64,000 bases of DNA, taken from assembly GCF_000738915.1 (NCBI RefSeq), contig NW_026515636.1:583175-647174 (forward strand), read 5' to 3'. Numbering within the stretch: the stretch's first letter is position 1; every line of letters starts with the position of its first letter. The notes under the pieces were generated by a model. That model had not been told where the DNA came from. It did not search any database and saw only the letters and a list, made by a program, of their open reading frames with translations. This document shows positions 44,215-54,226 of this stretch, one piece after another. The stretch is from Nematocida ausubeli. Lineage: Eukaryota. A program made the translations under genes and the position numbers.

Positions 44215-45759
44215 TAGAAATAAAATAGCAAAAAAAATTGCTAAAACCAATAAAACTGAAAGTCCGTGCAGCTATTAACCTAAATATCGAAGTATATATG
44301 TACATGGTGTAACTGTTTGGTTTAGATATATAAGAATGCACCACACGCATGGTTATTCTTTTAAATAGAAATTCTTTAAACATAATTACTGCTATAACAA
44401 AATTCAGATCTCTCGATCCCAGGGCTATGAGACCACTAATATAAAAGAAAATAGTTTCAAAGAATCAGATCGACATATTTGAAAGACGCTATATAACTAC
44501 AAGAAAATATTTAAAGAGCCATGGGTATCAATAATGAGGAACACACCAAGTACAAATGCTACAGTCCACAGCACCCCTAGGCATCTGAATAGTTATATAA
44601 ATAAAACATTCTTAGAAGAAACTCTTTATTTTAGACTATTATATCCTGGTTAGAACATTGCCTTTGTTTTAAGTATCTAAAACTCTTTCTACTCTACCTG
44701 TCTTTATATTACTATATGCGCTTAATACTATACACTACTTAGCTTGTCTGGCTAGAAGACTATGTAAAAAAATCTATCAGCATCTGATTGCTTAGACCTA
44801 TATTCTACATTGCTATTAACTTGCATCTGGTCAATACAGTGCCAGACATTCTATGCTCTACATGCCACAAAGTCTCAATTTTCTCGTTTGTAAGCCTTTC
44901 TATGATACATCTCAGCGCACTTTCTTACACATCTTGAAAGCTATAGTCTTCAGGCCTTTCCTCATATGATTTCTATTTTAATACATCTGTGTCTAGAAAA
45001 TAAAAGTGTATGCATATGGGTCAATATATATTTGCATGGAGAGGTTTTTTAAATAAAATTGGCAAAGAACAGGGAAAATCGAAAAAAGCACTAAGTTTGA
45101 AGACCCTTCAACCAGAGGAGATAGGCTGGTATAGTTATGCCGGTGCACACGAGAGGTCATACGCTCACAAGAAAGATCAAATTCAGCCCAAGACATTTGA
45201 ATCTCATATATGATGGATAGAAAAAGTTATTTAAATTCTAACAATTATGGGAAAGCGGCACCTATTTATACATATAAATAGTGCTGAGAAGTTCTATACC
45301 AGCCGTCCGCTGTGTCTAAATATGTGCCTCTACCTGCAGTATAGCACTGCACTAACTCTACAAAAATACATGTCTTTCCTGATTTAATAAAACAGAATTT
45401 ACTGATGTGCTTTTGTAGCCTTTAAATTAGAATATTTATTTCTGTCTGGCAGATGCTGTGAGCACATTCTGGCCTCACAATTAATTTTTTTCTGCAATTT
45501 TCACAGAACACTCTTCATATACAAGCTTCCAGAAGTACAGAGCAGACAGAAACTGTGAGCATAAAAAATATGCAAAGTAGACTCTGAACTCCCCTTTGTT
45601 TATTCTTTGTATATGCTTTGTTTACTACAAAAAATATACCTGCATTTGGAAGGGCCTATTTTCTGGTCAATATTTTTAAAACATAGCACTTCTTAGCAAC
45701 CGGTGTGTTTATGTTTCAGAGAAAAAAGATAAATAGGAAGAGCATTTGCGGATTATCAA

Positions 45760-47139
45760 ATGACGGAACTAGCTTCAATACCTGAAAATGAATTGGAAGC
45801 ACCTGAAAGATCTTCTAAAATTAAAGGTCTTAGGAAGCGTGTCAGATCAGTAGGAAGCAAAGCAAAAGCTATTTGTAAGGTAACAGTTAACGCGATGCGC
45901 ACCCAGCTCAACACAGTTGCATCTATTTTCACCATGTGCTCTGCAAACACTGTGACAGAGGAAATACCAGATGAAGTCATCTATGCTTCGGTCCCCTCTA
46001 GGAACAACTCCCGTGTAGATCTGGCAGAACAGCCAGCGGAGACTATTGCGAGTGAGCCAGCTGAGACGAGTGCACCTGTACCAGCAGAGACTGGTGCAAG
46101 TGAGCCTGAGCTAGCACCTGCACCTGCAGAGGTAACAGAGGAGCCAGCATGCATTGCACTAGCAGAGCCAGTAACGCACACTGAGACTGCTCTGGTCCCA
46201 GTAGAAGCAGCAAGTGCCCAAGAGCCCACAGTTCCAGAAGAGACCGCAGAAGAAGAAGAGACACACCTTCCAAAGGCGGCTGCTAAGGACGACATCTCAG
46301 TGGTTTTCTGCCTCTCTGAGTTTATCCGCGAAATAGAGGACATCGTGAAAAACACCTCTCTTATGCCATGCGCCTCATACGCCCCGGGCATTATACTCTT
46401 TTATCTTAAGCAGAAGAGAAACCATCTGCACGAGCAACTGAAGCACATTGAGCTTGCATTTCATACTACTCCAGATAGTGCTTCCCCTACTGACATGGAC
46501 CAAGATGTAGTTAAGTTTCTCGTTGCTGAGGCCCTTGAGCCTACAGAGTGCATAAGCCACTGGCTTTCGTCTGATGAGCCACTGCAGGCAGCATACACCG
46601 ACCTATACAAGACGATTATAAAGACTTTGTTTGAGGAGAACAAGCAGGGAACAAGAACAGAAAGAACAATTGTCTTCTACTGCCAAGCCCTAAAGTACAT
46701 CAGAACCGTCCTAGACCTTGCATTGCAAGACGTCGAACAGGAGCCTCTAGACCATTTGCCAGCCCCCCATCTGTTCACAGACCTTCTGAGCAATCTTTCC
46801 AAGCCAGAGAGCGTGGCTACTCTTCTGGAGGCTAGAGTGCAGCAGGCTGACGCAGAGTGCAACGAGGATCTAGATAGCGAATACATAGCAACTGACGGGG
46901 AGGAAGAGCACAATACCACAGCGGTTCCAGATCCAGCTGCCATGATGGAAACTCTCATGACAAGCCCTCTGTTCCAGAAACAGCGCGAAATGAATATTTT
47001 AGAAGGAAACATTGTGGAGGACTTTTCACACACATGCACTCCAGAGATGCAAAAACGCATGGACGCAGCACTGTCCTATATCATGCACGTAGGTGTCCCC
47101 ACTCCAATTGCAAGATGCCTATCTCCAAAGAACATATAG
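45760..47139 (+). CDS. hypothetical acidic protein with Pro/Ala/Glu/Thr repeats
   Basis: 459-aa ORF, GC-richer than its flanks; PAET repeats; no recognisable domain. Confidence 0.85.
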   Translation: MTELASIPENELEAPERSSKIKGLRKRVRSVGSKAKAICKVTVNAMRTQLNTVASIFTMCSANTVTEEIPDEVIYASVPSRNNSRVDLAEQPAETIASEPAETSAPVPAETGASEPELAPAPAEVTEEPACIALAEPVTHTETALVPVEAASAQEPTVPEETAEEEETHLPKAAAKDDISVVFCLSEFIREIEDIVKNTSLMPCASYAPGIILFYLKQKRNHLHEQLKHIELAFHTTPDSASPTDMDQDVVKFLVAEALEPTECISHWLSSDEPLQAAYTDLYKTIIKTLFEENKQGTRTERTIVFYCQALKYIRTVLDLALQDVEQEPLDHLPAPHLFTDLLSNLSKPESVATLLEARVQQADAECNEDLDSEYIATDGEEEHNTTAVPDPAAMMETLMTSPLFQKQREMNILEGNIVEDFSHTCTPEMQKRMDAALSYIMHVGVPTPIARCLSPKNI

Positions 47140-47766
47140 ATATCACTGTGTATCTCTTTAATAAACTACCTTACATAAATACATTCTTCAACTTCCAGCT
47201 ATATTCTCTAATTATAGCTCAGCAAATTACACTTAGTGCTTATACAGGCTGAACAATGGTTCTGTTCATATAACCCTCTTCTATACAAACCTCGAAAACA
47301 GGCTAGTTCTATAAAAAGAAGTCTATTTATTCCTTTGCTGAACTATATACAGCTCTATTTCAGATTTGCATATACTGTTCTGGTGCATCTCTTACTCTGC
47401 CATTTGAATTTACAAAAATGTTTTATTCTCTCTTACTGCAGAGCAATTAGATACATATACCTCTCGCAAGCATTAAACAGTTATCCATACATATTGTAGC
47501 TAATTTATAATGTGCGGCAAGCCAAGAATAAACCCTAAGAAAATATGCACTGCATAATATGCTGACTTCAAGATAATATACTTATTAGCAGCATAGTGTT
47601 TAAAATAATAGATTTAGTCATTTATTAAATCATAAAGTTTTTCTATAGATAAAATAAATAGAAGACTCTAGTCTAACTCTATATAATATATGCAGCCAAT
47701 TCGATAGATAACAGTCACTTTATGCTTGTTATTATAAAACATCATGCATCTAAGTCGCACTAGAGT

Positions 47767-50520
47767 TCATCTTAAAAAAGAGGCTACCCATGTAATGAAT
47801 CCAGCCACTTTTTCTACAAGCCTTTCATATAGCCCGCCTCTCTTTTCAACTATTCTAAAATACCTTAGTAGGTTGTTATATTTTTGTATACTTTCGCTAT
47901 TGTTCTCTGTGCATAAAATACTTTTTTCTTCTACTAGAACATTAATAGCTGTGTCTAAATGTGTATAGTATTTTTCTAGTTCTTTCTCTCTTGTATAGTG
48001 CAAATTGTCAAAATCTATAAAGCTGTAGGTCATCTTAATAATCTCTGGAGTGCGTGTAGAGTCTATGCATGCATAAATGAACCAGCCAATATATACAGAA
48101 TTAAGGGCATCTGCATCGGTTGGCTGCTTTGTCTCCTCAAGTATCGATTGAATCTCTGCAAATGAGCTTATTTTGTGACTGTCTACTATAAGATTGAATA
48201 GCTTTTTGAGCATTTCGCCTCTAAACAGTAAATAATGTATATTTCTATCGCCTATAGGCGTCTGTAGGTAGTTTCTTAGGTACTTGACTATACGAGGCAC
48301 AGAGTTTGTGCTTAGTATATGCTTATACGGTGATGTTAGTGCACTAGGATGAAGATTTGACTCTTTAAGATGCTTTGGTTGTGTGTACGTAAGTTTAGGA
48401 TAATAGTCCTGCCAGTTAGAATAGTAGAAGACCATTGGGATCATTATCTTCTGTGTATCTGAGTCATCAAGTGGAATACTACAAAAGATATTTGCAGTAA
48501 TACGGACCAAAGGAGTAGACGGACTTAAGTCTTTTTTTAGCGTTTCAAAGAAAAAGCTTAATATGACAACCTCCTTAGAAATAGTGCTATCAATCTTCCC
48601 ATATATAAATATTTGAGATGGATTATTGTGTGGGTTGAGTGCTACTTTATTCAAAGCTGTTGTGATAAAATATAAAGCAGCTTGGCTTCCTATTTCTAGT
48701 TTTAGCACTTCACTGGAAATATATTGGTCAATAACACACATTGTATAGGGATTTATCAAATAGTATGATTTTGCTAGTTGTATGCTCTTCTTTTTCATGT
48801 CTATATATTTTGAAGATGTTGATGGAAGAAGAGTAAGTTTAGTATGTCCTTTTGTCACGCCTAAAGCAATGCCAGTGATTGTTTCACCATATGTAAAGGT
48901 AATGCTGATATTCGCAAAAAGATCTTGGTGCAAATTAAGCCTTCCTTCACGTTTTATATTTTTGCAGCTTACTTCTAAACTCTTATTCTGAGACAGAGAC
49001 TTAAGAATTTCCTGCATTCTAAACTGAATAGAATTTTTATGGATGCAATTTGGATCTTCTTGTATATTTGCACTTTTCATGTATTCAACTAGATCCAGAA
49101 TGTCTGTCTTTTTCCCTGTGATTTCTCCTATAACAAGAAACATATTTATAATCCCAGAATACAGTTCATTACCTGTTCGTATGTATAAAACCTTCTTGCT
49201 ATCTAGACAGGAAACAACCTTGCACCATTGTAAGTGCATTTCAAAGTCAGTGGTTTCCGCTGGCTTAGGATACTTTTCAAAGAACTCTCTCAGTTCTTTA
49301 CTTATTTCTTCTCCCATGTGGCTGGTTTGATACCTTTTTGTCTCTATGTTGTATGCTAGGCAGCAGAAAAGCCCTAAAAGAGCTGTTTCTACACAGTTGC
49401 TGTAGTATAAGGATTGGTTTGTTTCAAATCCAGATTTATCTAGTTTATAGGGCGGCACTCTAGTATATGATGGCAGCTGACTAGAATTGTAGAATGGAAA
49501 TAATATAATTTCTTGCATATCCTTCACAAAATTATAGAATTGCGTAATGTACCTTTTCCTCTCATCAAAAAGAGAATACTTTCTTCGAAAGAGCTTGGAA
49601 AATATGTTTGTTTTCTGCGTAGCTTCCTTTAAGTTATCACTTTCAGATATTTGATCAATGAAAAGTTCATGCACTGCACTAACAAAGGATCTATAGTCCT
49701 TTATGTTGTCAAAAAACTCATATATGTACGTCTGTATGAGCAATCCTGAATTGTTTAGAAACTTTCCACTGTTAAACCCATCTATACTGGTGGGTATTGC
49801 AAACTCACCCCCTTCTTTTAGCAAGGGACTGTCTCTGTACTTCTTGTAGAAGTTAACAATTTTAGCTGTCTCACTTTGGTAAATGCTACTTCTCTGCTCC
49901 TCAACGCATGGGTTAATATTAATAATATGCATATCCACGTCCACAAGGATCTTCCCCTCGAATTTCTTGCTTTTTATGACAAGACTCTTTTTCTTCTCTG
50001 AGCCGTCTACACTTATCTGAACATCAATTCCTTCTGAAAGCAGCAAAAGTGCTGCTAGAATGTATTTAGCGTCTTTCTTGACGTGCTCTGCTCTTAGGAA
50101 GTTTGTAATCATGTCAAGCCTGCCTGCCTCAATAGAAAGATCCCCATCCACTGAGGGAAACATCTTTATAAGCAGTGTGTGGTACACTTTGAGATACTCA
50201 TTAGTATCACTTTTTGAATTTAGGTCTTTATATACTTTGTCCTTAGCTGGTGCTCTGGTGAATATATAATTTGAAGGCGCATCTCCCTCCTTCAAAGAAT
50301 AGCTTCTGTCTATCTCAGCAGAATAGAATCGTTTGTTGTATATGTATCCATTCTGGCTGCTGCAATATGCATCTAGCAGGCCAAGAGGCCCTTCAAAATT
50401 AACAAATACTGTTTTATCGCCGTCTATTGGATTTTCATGAATCTCTTTTATTCCCTGTATGCCAATCCTTGCAAAGCAACTATGTAAGATTAATATGCTT
50501 AAAAGTGCATGGAATTTCAT
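47767..50520 (-). CDS. secreted protein resembling the Nematocida large expanded gene family
   Basis: Signal peptide MKFHALLSILILHSCFA/RI from ATG 50520 (upstream in-frame ATGs to 50577). Blocks NKRFYS.EID, IKMFPS..GDLSIE, ILAALLLLSEG, QLPSYTRVP and YSNCVETALLGLFCCLAY are recalled as typical of that family; not searched. Confidence 0.8.
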   Translation of the reverse strand: MKFHALLSILILHSCFARIGIQGIKEIHENPIDGDKTVFVNFEGPLGLLDAYCSSQNGYIYNKRFYSAEIDRSYSLKEGDAPSNYIFTRAPAKDKVYKDLNSKSDTNEYLKVYHTLLIKMFPSVDGDLSIEAGRLDMITNFLRAEHVKKDAKYILAALLLLSEGIDVQISVDGSEKKKSLVIKSKKFEGKILVDVDMHIININPCVEEQRSSIYQSETAKIVNFYKKYRDSPLLKEGGEFAIPTSIDGFNSGKFLNNSGLLIQTYIYEFFDNIKDYRSFVSAVHELFIDQISESDNLKEATQKTNIFSKLFRRKYSLFDERKRYITQFYNFVKDMQEIILFPFYNSSQLPSYTRVPPYKLDKSGFETNQSLYYSNCVETALLGLFCCLAYNIETKRYQTSHMGEEISKELREFFEKYPKPAETTDFEMHLQWCKVVSCLDSKKVLYIRTGNELYSGIINMFLVIGEITGKKTDILDLVEYMKSANIQEDPNCIHKNSIQFRMQEILKSLSQNKSLEVSCKNIKREGRLNLHQDLFANISITFTYGETITGIALGVTKGHTKLTLLPSTSSKYIDMKKKSIQLAKSYYLINPYTMCVIDQYISSEVLKLEIGSQAALYFITTALNKVALNPHNNPSQIFIYGKIDSTISKEVVILSFFFETLKKDLSPSTPLVRITANIFCSIPLDDSDTQKIMIPMVFYYSNWQDYYPKLTYTQPKHLKESNLHPSALTSPYKHILSTNSVPRIVKYLRNYLQTPIGDRNIHYLLFRGEMLKKLFNLIVDSHKISSFAEIQSILEETKQPTDADALNSVYIGWFIYACIDSTRTPEIIKMTYSFIDFDNLHYTREKELEKYYTHLDTAINVLVEEKSILCTENNSESIQKYNNLLRYFRIVEKRGGLYERLVEKVAGFITWVASFLR

Positions 50521-50634
50521 TAAATGAAATCCTGAAATAGGCTTCATCTTTGTGCTATTTGATATACTTCTCTTCATTATACTTAAAATGTAAATTATTT
50601 TTATTTATACCATTGATAGACTCCTTATATGACC

Positions 50635-50976
50635 ATTCCAAAGTCATAAATCCCGAATAAGCCAATAGCTTTGAAAGTCTTTGACGTGGCAAAAAGGGGG
50701 GAACTTTCAAGTCAGGAGATAGTAGTCTAGAATAGATAGACTAGTTATCATGTGAGTATTACTCATGTATTTCTGCTGATATCTGAGTGTATTACATCTG
50801 TTTCTATTTTTACTCCGGCTGTCCTTTATTCTAATTTGTTCTTCTCATTTAAGATTCTCACTCGGTCTTATAGCACTCTTTGGTTTTGTAGATTTTCTGG
50901 AATTATTTTTTTACACCGGAAATTTAGTGATATTTGGTTTAAAATGTGGGATTTTGACGTATTAGTGGATTTATAT
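50635..50976 (-). repeat. dispersed non-coding element, subfamily B, copy B1 (fills the divergent promoter region)
   Basis: 50773-50900 is the reverse complement of 58047-58175 (12 differences). 50681-50727 matches the reverse complement of 63043-63087. Confidence 0.9.
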
Positions 50977-51029
50977 CACTGATAAATAATTGCTAGTGGT
51001 CTATAAATAGAGGACGAGAAATAAATGGC

Positions 51030-51794
51030 ATGGCGGAGATAATTAAAAGGTCTTATAGTAAAATTATTAAAAGTAATAGCGACAGACTTATTGAGAATTC
51101 CCAGATGGAGGGTGACCAATCGGATACAGATTATTTAATTATAGATGACCAATCGGATATAAACCAAGAATATAACCCGAATACTAGCATGACTGATTCA
51201 TTTTTTCTATGTATGTTGATGTGCCACTTTGCATTAACTATTCTCTTTAGTCTTTATGCTGGATTTATGTTTGGTAAAACAGACTTTTTCTGTAAATATA
51301 ATATATATCCAAGAGCTTTCTTATTTCTTGCCTACGGCTGGCTCTCTACAATGAGTTATTTAATTCTCACACATACAGCATATCATATAACTAATATTTA
51401 TAGAACTCATAATAACGAAGACAAAAGAAGTAGTCTAAAATTCTTAATATCTTCATTTACTTCGCTTTTAATTATAACACTAGTATTTGGTATGCTTGGT
51501 GGTTGGTATAGTATGCACAGTAGATCTAATCCTGGAAGGGTTGATTTATGTATATTATTTACTGTGGCATTCCTGTTCTATGCTTGCATTTTTTTAACAG
51601 TTGGAGAAGAACTACGTAATTTAATAGATATAACCCAATTAAAAAACACTCAAGAAGAGTATAAGAATAATATTCTTTATACCAAGTGTATTTTGGCACT
51701 TATTATTATAGCAGGTTTGGCTCTCATCTGTGGGTGTTCTGCATTCCTCTATGAATTATCTATTTACGGTCCTGAGATCCTCTGTAGTAATTAG
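51030..51794 (+). CDS. lineage-specific ~5-TM membrane protein, paralog of 57053..57886
   Basis: Hydrophilic N-tail with DQSD repeat; five hydrophobic segments; K.T.EEYK..I.YT...CGC shared with the paralog. Confidence 0.8.
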   Translation: MAEIIKRSYSKIIKSNSDRLIENSQMEGDQSDTDYLIIDDQSDINQEYNPNTSMTDSFFLCMLMCHFALTILFSLYAGFMFGKTDFFCKYNIYPRAFLFLAYGWLSTMSYLILTHTAYHITNIYRTHNNEDKRSSLKFLISSFTSLLIITLVFGMLGGWYSMHSRSNPGRVDLCILFTVAFLFYACIFLTVGEELRNLIDITQLKNTQEEYKNNILYTKCILALIIIAGLALICGCSAFLYELSIYGPEILCSN

Positions 51795-52059
51795 TATAAA
51801 AGCAAAAATTAGAATTTCTGTTGTCAGTGGCTCTATATGTAGTAGTAGCTTTAAATAAACTTTTATTTTTAGTTTTCTTAGTTTGAGATAAAATAATATT
51901 GAATAGAAAACTAAGTTTAATATTTAAGAAGAACTCAGCTGAAAGATAAGTATAAAGCAGGAATCTCTTATTCAAAACATCCTTGCAAAGATATATTCAA
52001 CATACAGTGGCTGCAAATATGAAACAAAAGGGTAAAACAAAGGAATTGTTTACCATCTC

Positions 52060-52308
52060 ATGCAGGAAGAAATTAAAAAAAGCACTGAAATGCTTTCTAA
52101 AGAGGCACACAAGGTATACCATGCAATAGAGCAGCATAACTTTCATTTAGACTCTCTAGAGCAGCAAACAGAGAAGTTGGAAAATAAAAGTAGAGCACTC
52201 TCGAACAAACTACTAAAGACAATGAAAGAAATACGAAAGGATGGACGAAATACAATTATTATAGCACTCACAATAACCCTTATTATTCTTATAATCTATC
52301 TACTGTGA
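52060..52308 (+). CDS. minimal Qc-SNARE (Bet1-like), tail-anchored
   Basis: Single heptad SNARE motif VYHAIEQHNFHLDSLEQQ followed by a C-terminal TM. Confidence 0.7.
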   Translation: MQEEIKKSTEMLSKEAHKVYHAIEQHNFHLDSLEQQTEKLENKSRALSNKLLKTMKEIRKDGRNTIIIALTITLIILIIYLL

Positions 52309-52974
52309 TACTGTGCACCTTATAAATACAATCTCTAAGCATCACTTAAATAATTGTAAGCTGCTAATTTGTTGATATAATTCCCTTAATATGCACTCTG
52401 CCAGTGCAAACCAACAATAGTGTGCATGATGGTGCTCTATAGAGTGTGTTTAGTATAAGTTCAAGTGACAGAACTATCTTTAATTACCACCAGAACAGAG
52501 GTTTTCCAGGTATTCAGCATTTTCTAAAAGAAACTGATATGTTTTTACTTAGCCATGCGCATGCATACTACCTTATATAAACTCTAGGCTATAGAATATT
52601 CAAATCTTATGTTTTGAAATTCGTCCATAAATAAAGAACAAAATACAATAATTTCAGATTTTGTATAGAAGACTGCATAAGTTTAAAGAGTGCAGGATGT
52701 AGAAATCTACAGAATTTTTAGATCTGAAGCTATTTATGTATCTTAGATAAAACACATAAACTATAAGTAGTATTAGATTTTAAGTAGCCACAGTGCTTTT
52801 ATATCATTTATTTCTTTGCATCTATTAAGACTAAAATAAATTAGCTGAATTTACTCAAATTCTATTCTCTTCATGTAGAGCACTTTAAAGAATTTATATT
52901 CTGTAAAATTTAGCTTTCTGTGAGTTTGGAGACAGCGTAAAAGTTTTAAAAAAATAAAAAAGTAAAATATTTCA

Positions 52975-53799
52975 ATGGCTAGACGAGAGAATAAGTTAGT
53001 AATAAAGTTCGGACAAGTAACACCATCTTTTGCAAAACTGGTGCAGGAGTGCAGATCGTACTTTGAGCCAGGGGTTGCAAAGAATCTGAAAGAGGAAAAG
53101 AAATGGAAGATAAAGGATTATGTGCAACTTGCAAAGCACTTTACAGCCTCTCATCTGTGGGTATTCTCGCAGTCAGAGGAACACAACAATCTAAAGGTCA
53201 TTTCCCTTCTAGAAGAGACAGGACGTACATTTTACTTTAAAGTCACAAAGTACCAAGTTGGTCTGGAGATGCTCCAAAAAGCATTTGGAATTGGCACCCG
53301 TATGAACGGATACTTTATTGTCCCTATTAATATTGACAAGACAGACCCAATCAATGGAATGATAGATGAGATAAAGAACAACAGCAAAGTGTCTCACTTG
53401 ACTAGTCGAGTGATTGTTATTAAGAAGCTGTACGACAACAACTATCTGTTCTCGAACTACATGATAAAGAAAGAAGAAAAGCCAGGTGCTGCAAACCAAG
53501 TAAAAGTATCTCTTGTAGAGATAGGGCCTGTAATGACTGTAGAGCTACAAAAAATCGAGAAGGGTATATGCAGTGGAGATGTTGTCTACCACAGATACAT
53601 TCACAAGACCCCTGAGGAGCTAAAGGAGAGAGAAAGAACAATTAGAAGACGAGCAGAAGAGAAGTTACAAAGAAAGGCCCAGCAGGAAGAGAATGTAAGA
53701 AGAAAGAAAGAGATGAACGCAAGAAAGCCACTTGTGCCAGAGGATCAGGACAGCAGTGAAACTGAGTTAGATACATCTGAGGATGAGTCAGAGGAATAG
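52975..53799 (+). CDS. SSF1: Brix-domain ribosome biogenesis protein Ssf1/Peter Pan
   Basis: LKE.KK.KIKDYV, SHLWVFSQS, LVEIGP..T.EL.KIE.GICSG.V.YH; basic and acidic tail. Confidence 0.88.
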   Translation: MARRENKLVIKFGQVTPSFAKLVQECRSYFEPGVAKNLKEEKKWKIKDYVQLAKHFTASHLWVFSQSEEHNNLKVISLLEETGRTFYFKVTKYQVGLEMLQKAFGIGTRMNGYFIVPINIDKTDPINGMIDEIKNNSKVSHLTSRVIVIKKLYDNNYLFSNYMIKKEEKPGAANQVKVSLVEIGPVMTVELQKIEKGICSGDVVYHRYIHKTPEELKERERTIRRRAEEKLQRKAQQEENVRRKKEMNARKPLVPEDQDSSETELDTSEDESEE

Positions 53800-54226
53800 T
53801 CTCTGCGCTTGCTTACTTTGCAATGCATACCAACAAAATAATTCGACAGGAAAATTCATTAGTCTATGGTGTGCGCACAGATGAGTTTAGCCATAATCGA
53901 ATAAAATAGAACAATGAACCATTTAATCATTTCGGTTATATTATAGTGAAATCTGCACTTTGCCATACCTGGTAATTGCAGTACAGTAGTATTTTAGTCA
54001 ATAAAGTTCTCAGAGACACATACTTTTAAAATAAGAGCATTTGAGAAAGCACTTTATTTTAGAGACCCTGCAATAAAAAGAAAAATTAGAAGTATTGATA
54101 AATCTATAATAAACCTGAATAAAAATCATTCATTCTATTCATATTAATATGTATGTGAATATAGGTGATTTAATTCTCCTTTATATAACGGACAAAAGTA
54201 TAAATTAAGAAAATTTTAATTCACGC

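Noticed and set aside
50752..50982. ORFs 50752..50982 and 58026..58232 sharing VLYSNLFFSFKI.TRSYSTLWFC
   Set aside because: Explained by the DNA repeat. Starts and ends differ, an indel shifts the frame, and the first uses a non-ATG start.
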